Source of the DNA: Hormiphora californensis
Lineage: Eukaryota > Animalia > Ctenophora
Direction of reading: 5' to 3'
Length of the DNA: 64,000 nucleotides
Assembly (NCBI GenBank): GCA_020137815.1
Contig: CM035354.1
Span: forward strand, 8,556,001 to 8,620,000
The notes under the pieces were generated by a model. The model was not told the DNA's origin and made no database searches. It worked only from the letters and a program-made list of their open reading frames with translations. This document shows positions 33,101 through 43,704 of the stretch, piece by piece. Position 1 is the stretch's first letter. Every line of letters starts with the position of its first letter. Position numbers and translations under genes: made by a program.

Positions 33101-36100
33101 GAGAGGCCAATTTTAAGCTGGAAAAAAGGAAAATGCTCAGAGAAATAATCTCTACTACCAACAACAACATTTTCCAATTCTGTGTCGGTCCACTCTCACT
33201 TTAATATTCTACTGAGAGTTTAGTACAATATAAGATAATGATAGGCCAGTCAGCAATGTCTGATATAGACCAAAAATCGACATAAAAGTTCTATGGCACT
33301 CTAATGCTAATAGGTCCCTAGAACCACCACAAAAACAGCCTGCACTGTATGCGGTGAAGAACTTGACATAAATGGACCTAATTGGTTACAGGGTATTTTC
33401 AGCCTGAAGCCAAAACCATCAGTACCCTTAGAATAAGAGTAAAGAAAAAGTGGGGGTGGGTGCTGCAATTAGAGTAGAATATTTTATTTAAGCGACAGGT
33501 CGCTGCACATTCAAAGAGGTCGCGCGGCGTTGTATTTGCGGGTAGTCGAAAATCTAAACCACACCCAGGGGTTCCCCGATGGGGGGAACTCAGGTTCTTC
33601 CTGCCAGCTGAGTTCTTCGAGCTCAGTCCTGTTGCCGTGGACCTGGTTGGCTGATGGTCCAGTGATTAAGGTCAAATCACCCGGCTATCTCCCCAAGTAT
33701 TATAGAACTCGTACAGTTTAAATATGTCCAATAAATTAGCTCCTAAATAAACTGATGAGTGACACTCATACTTCTCCACCCATCTCTATCTCTCGCAGCC
33801 TCCATTACCGCATCAAAATCATTCAATATATCGAAACCCATCTCCCTAGGGTCACATTTAAGTACTGAAAAGAGGTTTATTTGGTGCCTCCTTCGTCTAC
33901 CCCTCATATCACATGATACAGTGAATTTAAGAGCCATCATAGCAGGGGCGTTGGTCTGACCGAACATTTTCCACCGTGCCCGGGATACACGTTCGCTGAG
34001 GGGTGCTGTGTTGCATCTTTTGTACAAGGTTTTGTTGGAGATACAAAAAGGAAACCTGATGTTTAGGATGTTGCGGAGGTGTTTCCTATGACATACATCT
34101 ATAAAAAGATGAGTGAGTGCAGTGTCTGTTTAGGTGCCGCCCAACTGCTGCAGTTGTACATCAGCACTGATACCACTTGCGCCTCGTATATCTTTAGCCT
34201 GGTATCAAGGGAGATCCTAGGCCTAGGCCTAGGTTAATCCTCTTTCTCAGACCGGAACGGATACTCAGGGAGTTGTTGTTCACTTTGTTCAGAAGGGTTT
34301 TCCGATCAGATGACATGTCCACTATCTCCGGGTCTGATGTGTGGTGCCTCTTCCTAGCAAGAGGTTTGAACCTAACAGTTTTTGTGGCCGCGAGCTTGAC
34401 GTTATCGAAGAGGTTTTTGAAATCATTGTTGGTTGACTCTGATGAGTCGGTAGCTGCTATTCCCTGGTCAAGTTCCGATTGATACTCAGCACGTGCTGCT
34501 GTACTAGCAATAAGCGTGGTGGTATCGTATTGTCTTGACACAACTGCCCTCTTGCGGTACAGCTTGTGCCCCAGTGTAAAAGTTCGGGTATCTAGGGATC
34601 CTGGCTGCTAGTCAATTTTATCGCCAAAACATCTAGTCAAATTTCTAAAATGTGAAAATTATAGTGAGAAATTGAGAAAATGGTATATTTACTGTTGTAG
34701 CAAATTTTAAAAAACAATGTAAATAGGGATGACAAACTTCTATTCAAATCACCATCTTTGTATTTTCTCTGAGTTGCAGAACTCTGATTTTCACCACTTA
34801 CATTTTCCATCAGTGGTGTAGTGGTTACACCATGGACTCTCACCCCGATGGTCTGGGTTCGAATCCGGATGGGGTGATTTGGCTTACTTTTTACTTTCAT
34901 AATTTTTCTCTCTCTTTATTCATTCCAGTGTGTTGTAACATAACACTGATAGCATCAAAATATCATAGAAGAACGCTTGTCAATGCATATGTGCGAGATC
35001 TCTCTCATCGTTGTCAGGATCTCTAGTAGGTAGAGAGGGAGCCTAGGAGGTATCCTGTGCTAGTCAGGGATCCGCAGCGCACCATAAGCTAATTGCTGAA
35101 AAGCTATGCTTTGTAGACTAGAGATCTAAACATTATATAGAGCGCTGAATTGTCCTAATGGCAGAAGCTTGGTGGTCGAGTGGTACAATTCTCGCCTGTC
35201 AAGCAGCCAACTCGGGTTCGATCCCCAGATTTGTCAAAAAAATCAGTCGTTACTTTTTTAAATTTAACCCTTTGTTATTATACAATGATCTAGTTAATTA
35301 ATCAATGTGTTAAAACTTAATTATGTATTAAAATAGAAACATATTTTGTTTCCTTCCTAGTCAAATTTTTAATAAAAACTCAGGCTCCTAGTCGGGTTGA
35401 GATACTTTGACACTGGGGCTTGTGCCCGACAGTGTTCACAGTGGCAATCACAAGTTTATGATCGCTCCTGTGTGTTGTTCCGGCGTAGGCCCTTGCGTCA
35501 GTGAGGAAACTTTTGCTTCGGGACCTGCACAGAATGTAGTCAATCTGTGAGAAATACGGCCTTGTAAGCCCTGATTTCTTTTCCTTCACCCAACCTGTCC
35601 GAGTGGAGATGTGGCGTGAGGAGTGTTTGAAGGCAGAGTTAGCTATAAAGAGACTGCTTGTGCTGCAAAAGTCTGCAAGTCGCTGGCCGTTTTCATTTCG
35701 CCGTCCAATTGAATATGAACCCATTATCTCGTTGATTCCACTGACAGGATCATCAAGGGGAAGTTTGCCAATTTTAGCATTAAAATCTCCGAGGATCCAC
35801 GGTTCGTACCGGGCACGTACGTCCAGAGCTTGACTGAGCTCATCGTAGAAGCGTTGTACGAGTTGAGGGTTGAGGATGGATTTTGGATTGGTGGGGCTGT
35901 AAAAGTTTATGAGACGTAAATGGGTTGGTGGCTCCCCAAGTACGGGGAGTAAACTTTGCCAGAGACTTTGCCGGACTCAACTATGGCACCGAGCTCTTGC
36001 AGTGCAACTGATCCCAGTTGAACTGATAATCTCACCCCAGCCAGTAACCTTGTTACGCATGGCACCCCCACCAGTAACCCAGTTACACATGGTACCCCTG

Positions 36101-39100
36101 CAAATTATGCAACCCAGCCAGTAATCTCGTTACACATGGCACCTCTGCTTATAAATGCACCCCAGCTAGTAACCCGTTACAAATAGCAGGACATTGCCGA
36201 GAATATTCTCACTCCCGACCAAACACTCGACCTAGGAAAACTCACCAAACTTACAGCCAGATGCAATTTATTCAACTAACCACCCCTAACTATCCTGACC
36301 TGAAACATGTAGCAGAGTCGAGTCTGCTACCTAGGAGGGACTGCACACATCTACATCTACCATAGGACCCGCGAGTAATGGGGCAGGTCTGGGCCCATTC
36401 GGCCACCCCGCCTCCTTAGGCAAGTATTTAAATCGCATAATGTAACCCACTGGAAGCTGATACTTGCGTAATGCTTCACAGTGCTAACCTAAGTGTAGCC
36501 GCTTAACAGTTAACAGCGCAACAAAGTCTAAGAAATTAGATTTTTCCGGACCTCCAGGCTGTATGCAGATTTGTGTACTAGCGGTATCGACCCACGGCTT
36601 GGAGTGTGAAAAGATTTGTCAACCTAAACCGTCTTAACGGACTGGTGAGTTATCGTTAGTGACAAATTCGGAATCCCACCTACTTCTACAGCTCTTTGCA
36701 GCAGTAGTAACCGAAGACTAGCCAGTGAGGCAGGTAAATTTCACCCACTACACTGTCCTGACATACAAGACACGCTGGTCTCATTTTAAGTCTCAATTAA
36801 GTCAAATACTCTTCTTGTGGTGCCGATACAGTTCGAGGGAAATGTGGAGCTTGCTCTGCAGAACACCAGGACTGAACCGGAGAACACCAACACTGGTCCT
36901 ATGTGTGGGGGATAGTGGCGTGGAGTGATAATAATAGAGGTCGGCTGTTGACCTAGGATGGGGCAGCATAGTGGGCGGAATGATGGGAGGTGCAAAAAAC
37001 ACACACACACACACACACCCAGGGGTCCCCACACAAAGGAGACTCTACACAACCCAAGTTGACCCTGTGCACTCACCCTTTAAGTCAAGTTCTTCATCGC
37101 GTACCGTGCGGGCTGTGTTTGTGGTGGTTCTAGGGACCTATTAGAGTGCCATAGAAGTGGAATTAGATTTACAACTTTTGTGTCGAGAAAAAAAAACATC
37201 ATATATGACTGGCCTAATAAGTGTATTACAATTATGCGTTGAATCGATACCATCAATACTTTCCTCTTATAAAAGCACTTCAGGTATTCGCTCCTTCTGG
37301 TATGCATGTCATTGCAATATGAAGATAACAACAACCATCACCCTGCACTATGGAAAGTATTATTCGATGCGCCAAACTGCAATTCTTAAAATGGTTGCGT
37401 ATATTATTCGTGCTGATGTGGACTAGAAATGATTTTGTAAACAAGCTCGCTGGGGCTGACATCTCGGTGATAAATACAGATAATGTTATTATGGCGACCA
37501 TTACCGGATTCAGTGATATGCCTTACTATAACAAACTAATCAACATAACCCTTGACGCCATACATGCAGTTACACTGCTCCATGCTGACGATTATTATAG
37601 CTACAAGAGATCGCTTTCTAATAGGATATACTGGAAAAACTTCAATGATGAACTAGAAATTGCAAATGACTATTTAAGAGCTTTCGTAAGGATGCAATCA
37701 TATGATAACCGACGGATTTCCCAAGAGTTGGATTATATAAATGCAGCAACATTTAGAGAGACGGCAGATCGCATACTCGGTATGACAGCGGTGCGAGTTT
37801 TAATCAATGGGAACGTTCAAGAAAGTGTTGCAGAAAGAATAAATAATAAAATCCTGGATGCACTTGGTGAAAGCGCAATATTTACTGACAATCAGGTTGG
37901 TGATATTTTCAGATTCTTTCCTCCTTTAGCCTGCCACTGAGTTGCCACAAAATATCACTCGTCATAAATTTACATCCCATTTAGATTAAATGTTGCTTTC
38001 TTCTTTGACTTATATCTGCTTTCTAATTACAGGTTGGCTTTCCTGACGTACTTATGTTACCTCGAGGACGTACTGTTTATCAGACCAATGTAAAGAACAA
38101 GAAAAACACCAATAATGCTCTCGCATTTTACTGGCAGCTTACTGCTAACGATGTTATCGGGTCTCATATCTCAAGTCAGATTATGGCTGGAATTTTACAG
38201 ATAATTTGGCACAGTGAGGCGTACCTTGACTTAAGGACAAGGTAACTTTGTTATTATTATTGAAGCAACAATAGCACTCACACTGGTGTATTGTTATTTT
38301 CTACGGTCATCCGTCACTGGGTCATATTATCCGCCTGAAAAGACACCATTGCACTCAGAATAGACCCCTCAAACGATTCCAACCAATACTTAAATTGAGC
38401 AGAGGGTGCTAAGGCTTCATTTCCGGGTGGGCGTGTTACCACTTACCTGTATTTTCAGCCTAAGGCCAAAACCACTACTACCCTTAAAATAGGAGTAGAT
38501 ATAAAATTGAATGCAGGTCGGTAGAACTTCGACAGAGAATTTAGGGTAGGTCTGAATTTAGGGTAGGTCTGAATTTAGGGTAGGTCTGAACTTAGGGTAG
38601 GTCCTTGCCAAGCTAGACTGCAATATATAAAATGAAAAGGGGTTGAAAAAAACTGAAAACAAGTTAGGTCCGGAATATATCTACGAGGGTTGCCACAGCG
38701 GACTGTACAGAGACGATGGTCTGATATACATCAACAACAGCAACGGACCACTTTTAAACCGAATTGAAAAACACCTGCACCGGCTATTCAAGAACAACGG
38801 AATGAAAATAACGGTGGAAAAAGTGGGAAAAATTGTGAATATACTGGACGTCACTCTCAACGCAGAGACAGGAACCTTCAAACCATTCCGGAAACCCAAT
38901 AGCAACACCACCTACGTGAACAAATCCTCAAACCACCCACCTGTAATCCTGAAAAACATTCCAAGGACCATACAGGACCGCCTATGCAGTCTATCGCACT
39001 CGGAGAAAGAATTCGAAGAATGCAAGGATGTCTACCAAGAGGCATTGGTAAAAGCAGGATACAAATCTGACATGAAGTTCACAAAAATTCAGCAAGGTGG

Positions 39101-42100
39101 AAAACACCGGAAGAGGAAAAGGGAGAGAAAAATCATTTGGTTCAACCCGCCATTCTCGAAAAATGTGGCTACGGATATCGGAAAACAGTTTTTCGACCTA
39201 CTGAGGCTGCACTTTCCTCCCCAACACCCATTTCACCGGCTCTTCAACAAAAAGACGGTAAAATTGTCCTACTCTACCATGATGAACATGGACAGCATCG
39301 TCAAGGCTACCAACAAGAAGCTCCTGAAGAAAGCAGAAGAGATGCATGAAGGGAAGGGAAAGGAATGCAACTGCAGGAAAGCCGAATCATGCCCCGTAAA
39401 TAAAAAGTGCCTAACAACAGGGGTAGTGTACGAGGCTACTGTGAAGCACGGGAACAAGGAGTCAAAATACGTCGGAATGGCCGAGGGGACGTTTAAATCC
39501 AGACTGAACACACACAAAACTACATTCAGACACGACAGATACAAAAACGAGACAGAACTGTCCAAACTAGTCTGGAGACTAAAGGACAGAGACATAAGAC
39601 ATGACATAACATGGCGATTATTAGCCAAAGCTCGCACATATCAACCTGGTAATATAACCTGTAATCTGTGTCTGGCGGAAAAGTACCACATCCTCAGAGG
39701 GAAGGACCTGATAAACAGGAAGAGCGAACTGTTAAACAAGTGTCCGCACAAGAGGAAGTATCTAGCCGTTAAACTCATGAAACATCCAACTTTATGAAGG
39801 AGCAGAGGACTGTTAACGAGTAAACAAGTTTACATTTTTAATCCTGACGATCGCATTCGCGTGAAACATTTGTTGATTGTGTAAAAAACTTGTTTTCACT
39901 TGTCACAATAGTTAAGCTCTCCGCATCCCCGGATCGAGCACTCTACCAGGATAATAACTTCTACATCTAGCTAGAATATATCTAAACCAATTGTTTGTCA
40001 AATTCCTTGGTGTCAAATTAAAATTTTGGTGAAAAGATGACGTCTCTATGTTGTGATAATATATAATGAAAACTCGTGCAGTTGGCTTGATGTCCCTTTT
40101 ACAGGCTCCTCAAGCCACTGATGAGTGATGAACACATGTATTTCTACACGTGAGCACCTTACAATTACACACTAATTAATTAGTGTGACACCTGTACAAC
40201 TAGGTGAACCTTTGCAACGAGTACACTATACCGGGTAAATCCCCGTACCAATCATAGCTTGGTGGACTGGACGACGTGCACTAGACCAGAATCGAACCCT
40301 GGACCTATATACTAGCGCATGGGAGGTCAGTGTGCTACCACTACACCACCCCGCCGATGTTGTGATAGAAGTTCATTCATAACTAGCAACGTGCATGCAC
40401 ATAAAAGCTTAAAACACAAGTTAGAAGCATGGGACCTTCACCAACTTGTTTCTTTTGATCCAAGGGAAACTTTAGTGAAGGTCCCATGCTTCTAACTTGT
40501 GTTTGAAGCTCGCACGTGCATGTGTGTTCATAGTTATGAATGAATTTCAAACATAACATTGAGACGTCATCTTTTCACTAAACTTTTAATTTGACACCAA
40601 GAATTTTAACAAACAATTGGTTTAGACATTATTCTTGTTCTTTTTTAGTGAGAGTGGACAGAATCAGAATTGGACAAGTTTGTTGGAGGTTGTAGAGATT
40701 AGTTCTATGAGCTTTTTGCCGCTCAAAATCGACCCAGCCATCACTAAGATATTTTTACTCTCGGGGAATTTCTTCTGGATCAATATTTATCAAACAGGAT
40801 AGAAACAATCCTTGTGTTTTACTAACACATTCTTTACATTTTTGATATGCTGACTTGCATTGCTCTGCTTCTGTGAATGGACATGTCAACCTCACTGCTT
40901 TTATTCAGAATGTGTTAGTAAAACACGACGATGGATAGGTCGATTTTACAACCTCCAACAAACTTGTCCAATTCTGTCCACTCTCACTTTAAACGATCGC
41001 AGCTTCTGTGTGAAACATTTGTTGATTTTGTAAAACCTTGTTTCACTTGTCACAACAGTTTAGACATTATTACAACTCGTTTTCGTGTACCTCTCACTTT
41101 AACCTCGAATTGTAATGAGTTGATACGAGATACGGGACGCGGTTTTTGCCATTTTCGGCTGATTTGGCCTCTTTTGGCCGCTTATAACGCCAAAACCGTA
41201 AGAGATCATAGGCCCTAATTTTTCCCAACTCTTTTTCCTGAACAAAATGGCACCAGTGAAAAGTTTCTAAAGTGGCTGTAGACAAATCGCCAAAAAACGG
41301 CTATGCACATACCTAATTATCCAGTTATCTAAATAACCAGATGAGGTAGGGTCTTAATTTCACTACCTAACCCACTAATTCGAGGACGCTGATCACTTTG
41401 GTGCCCTCAATTTTACTTCTAATCCTTATGGTTTTGGCCTTAGGCTGAAAAGACAGGCACCAAGCCCACCCAGAAATGCGGCCTTAGCACACTCTGCTCA
41501 ATTTTAGCATTGGTTGGGATCGTTAGAGTCCATTCTGAGTACGGAAAACTATTATTACACATTTTTTCCCGGTCGAGCTGAGTTATCCCCTTAAGTACTA
41601 AAGACTTTTCTACCATCCAAATATACATTATCTATCGATCCTGTCAGGGGACAGGGGTGGACCCATTAACGAAAAAACTAAGTTCTATTCTACTATAGAA
41701 ATAGGAGTGTAACCTCGTGCAAAAACCGTTTCACTGGGGAGTCAGAGGGTTGACTGTTATAGCTTAGAAAGTATAATATTAAAGCTGAATCCTCACTCTT
41801 GTTAGGAATATAATTTAGGGGCAAATTATCAGCAAATTATATCATTTTAGGCAGCAGATCGGGTACCATGTAAGTGCTGGCGTGTTGATTGATGCAGATG
41901 TGGATTATTTCCAATTCAAGTTACAGGGAACCCACTACACTATGGATGATATGACTAAACGTGCTATTCATTTTATTGACCATTCCTTCCGAGATACACT
42001 CGCTAAGTTCTGTTCAAAAGGTAACAAAAAACAAACAATTAAACATAGGTGAATTTTGAGTTATTATCTTTTTTTACAATTAATATCGTCGTGATTTACA

Positions 42101-43090
42101 ATTAACTGCTATAGCCCAACTGTTAAGTTCATTCTGAGAATTCTGATATAAAGAAATTATTGCCGTACAGTTATATTAATTGTTATTCTGATCTTCGGAT
42201 CGCTGCACGACAATAGTGATGGCTCTCTCGTACCGTAATACGGTTGGTGATCAATATCCTGTCGTACAGGCTTTGTCATGTTTGTGTGTGTGTGTGGTGA
42301 TGTCTACAGCAGTATAACAGTGCATACATTATTCATCCTTTTTTAATAGGTACTTCCGAAATTCCAGACCCGGAGCAGTGGTTTCAAAAGATGGTTGATA
42401 TGAGTATAACCTCGCTTGAGGAGAGTAACTTTGCCAAAATGTATTCAAGATGGCCTTATTTTAACAATGAAAAGTACTTGGATATCGGTCGTTACGAGCT
42501 CAAAGCGGTAAGCCATGAATTATTATTATAAATGTTGTGTCATAGTTGAAGCTGAATTAGAGTGAAGGTGGCCATTGCTATTATGTATATAGCAAAGCAA
42601 AGCAGGACGGCTAGGATAAATCCAGTGCCGGGGGTGCTGATATCCCTTTCAATGGCGTTTCAGCCACGGGTCCTTCCGGTGCAGATTTCTCTGCAGCGTA
42701 GCCGGGCGCTTACCCCACAACATACGCACTCCGTGTTGCTTTCGGGTCTCTCAAGAGAGCCCCTACCAATCATAGCTTGGTGGACTAGACGACATGCGCT
42801 AGACCAGGATCGAACCCGGGACCTAGTGCGTGAGAGGCGAGTGTACTAGCCACTACACCACCCTGTATATATATTATGTATATAGTTGATTTTATGTAAT
42901 ACACTCGCCACAGAGAGACCTCCTAAAGTTTTACGACGACTCTATTGTGCATGGAAGAACGCTGATAATCCAGGTATATGGCGCTGATAAAAAGTTAGCT
43001 ACGCCTACTTTTGCTGCAGACCGGCTGGTAAAAGACATAAACAAAATGAAGCGTGAACTGCAAAAATGGAATATTACCACTATTTGGTAG
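27136..43090 (+). CDS. Insulysin/nardilysin-like M16A zinc metallopeptidase with N-terminal type II membrane anchor; apparent +1 frameshift at ~37420
   Basis: Exons approximately 27136-27205, 27296-27501, 27569-27649, 27708-27801, 27868-28025, 29798-30007, 30121-30342, 30455-30614, 31626-31737, 31817-31992, 32714-32977, 37284-37895, 38033-38241, 41851-42020, 42350-42507, 42914-43090. Motifs: LRNGLRIML, PGLAHFTEH (HxxEH at 27750-27764), GSKKYP, NGG..GAFT, EREKISVQSEF, DLRTRQQIGY, DLLKFY. AATAAA at 43195. Confidence 0.9.
28160..29777. mobile_element. Non-autonomous DNA transposon with poly-G termini (Merlin- or MULE-like), in peptidase intron 5
   Basis: 8-bp TSD GCTTAACT (28152-28159, 29778-29785); TIRs of ~90 bp beginning G(n)ACATGTTAATT. 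Confidence 0.85.
30920..31593. mobile_element. Foldback/palindromic element with ~315-bp arms, in a peptidase intron
   Basis: 30920-31237 is the near-perfect reverse complement of 31278-31593. Confidence 0.9.
32987..33200. mobile_element. Kolobok-like MITE (TTAA TSD, AG termini); related copies at ~32129-32469 and ~40647-40988
   Basis: TTAA|AGTGAGAATGGACCGA...TCGGTCCACTCTCACT|TTAA. Confidence 0.8.
34806..34892 (+). ncRNA. tRNA-Glu(CTC)-like pseudo-tRNA / Pol III cassette
   Basis: A box TGGTGTAGTGG, loop CT-CTC-AC, B box GGTTCGAATCC and a downstream T5 run; the stems pair poorly. Confidence 0.5.
35167..35260 (+). ncRNA. tRNA-Asp(GTC)-like pseudo-tRNA / Pol III cassette
   Basis: A box TGGTCGAGTGG, loop CT-GTC-AA, B box GGTTCGATCCC and a downstream T6 run; no acceptor stem. 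Confidence 0.5.
38643..39960 (+). mobile_element. 5'-truncated Penelope-like element (Naiad-like): RT C-terminus plus GIY-YIG endonuclease and 3' pLTR, in a peptidase intron
   Basis: GLYRDDGL, FRKPN, YVN..SNHPP, WFNPPFS, CNCx5CP linker, GVVY...YVGMAE..FKSR (GIY-YIG), CNLCLAEK, NRKSE..CPH. ORF uninterrupted to 39797. A partial pLTR copy lies at ~40993-41060. Confidence 0.92.
39824..39893 (+). ncRNA. Type I minimal hammerhead ribozyme in the PLE 3' region
   Basis: Core CUGACGA (39844-50) and GAAA (39863-66). Stem II CGC/GCG with a U-U closing mismatch; stem III ACA/UGU; GUU cleavage triplet (cut after 39874); stem I AAUC/GAUU, extended by UUUACA/UGUAAA and ACAAGUUU/AAACUUGU. Confidence 0.75.
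39981..40626. mobile_element. Foldback/palindromic element interrupted by a SINE
   Basis: Arms TCTAAACCAATTGTTTG... / ...CAAACAATTGGTTTAGA, with inner arms 40375-40442 / 40475-40541. Confidence 0.8.
40059..40356 (-). mobile_element. tRNA-derived SINE, family B
   Basis: A box GGTGTAGTGG, B box GGTTCGATTC, central GTCCACCAAGCTATGATTGGTA; 11-bp TSD ATGTTGTGATA (40048-58, 40357-67). Confidence 0.88.
42593..42871 (-). mobile_element. tRNA-derived SINE, family A (older copy at ~58305-58538)
   Basis: A and B boxes, CT-CTC-AC loop, (CTTTG)n tail; 14-bp TSD TATTATGTATATAG (42579-92, 42872-85). Confidence 0.9.
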
Positions 43091-43704
43091 TCGGTAGATT
43101 GAGATTTAATCAACAGTTGTTCTTAAGTTATTGTCAGATCTGTTATCCAATTGTGTTATGAATATATATTGAAAACTATGCTTTACGTTTTGATAATAAA
43201 AATGTCTTATTGACAGTAATTTAACTCACTTTGATTATCTTTATTTCTTCGTATTCGGTTGTATTGACAATGATGTGGCCGATGATAATATGATGCACAG
43301 GGGGGGGATCACCCTGTATTAGGGCAGGTTTTTGGAAAAAAAGTTTTTTTGCTATTGGTATGAATCGAAAGCTCTCAGTCGTGTGAACAGAATGAACCTT
43401 ATCTCATGTTCATACTCCGAAAAATGGCGTAAGGAAAAGCGATTATAATTTTCAAATATTATCACGTGACACATGACATCACTGAGTCACGTGATAAGGA
43501 GCGCTTGCGCTCGGTAATTAGATTCTGCCAGAGGTTACACGCATATGCCACCGAACACCCCTACTCAGAGTGATCCTTGCAATATCTCCAGAAAACAGCA
43601 ATAGAGTTGTTTTGCTATGAACACAGAATCAAAAATAGAAAATTCATGCACATTACAATTACATAATAACGCAACAAATTGTAATCACTAATCACATTTA
43701 CTGT

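Larger units (their letters stand above)
34570..35417. mobile_element. Non-autonomous DNA transposon (8-bp TSD, hAT/P-like) carrying two tRNA-like Pol III cassettes
   Basis: TSD GCTTGTGC (34562-34569, 35418-35425); TIRs CCCAGTGTAAAAGT / ACTTTGACACTGGG. Confidence 0.85.
33743..35925 (-). mobile_element. Internally deleted RTE-clade LINE (APE endonuclease plus C-terminus), interrupted by a DNA transposon
   Basis: INFYSPT, GDFNAK, NENGQRL, SQIDYIL and SDHKLV (APE); C-terminal ARWKMFG...RGRRR..AARDRDGWR. Confidence 0.85.

Noticed and set aside
34806-35260. Functional tRNA-Glu and tRNA-Asp genes
   Set aside because: The acceptor and anticodon stems do not pair properly; kept only as tRNA-like cassettes.
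38537-38604. Telomeric TTAGGG repeats next to the PLE
   Set aside because: TTAGGG is only part of a 17-bp unit (GAATTTAGGGTAGGTCT x4), not a telomeric array.
38643-39797. Selenocysteine recoding, as described for some Naiad PLEs
   Set aside because: No in-frame TGA inside the ORF; all motif cysteines are TGT/TGC.
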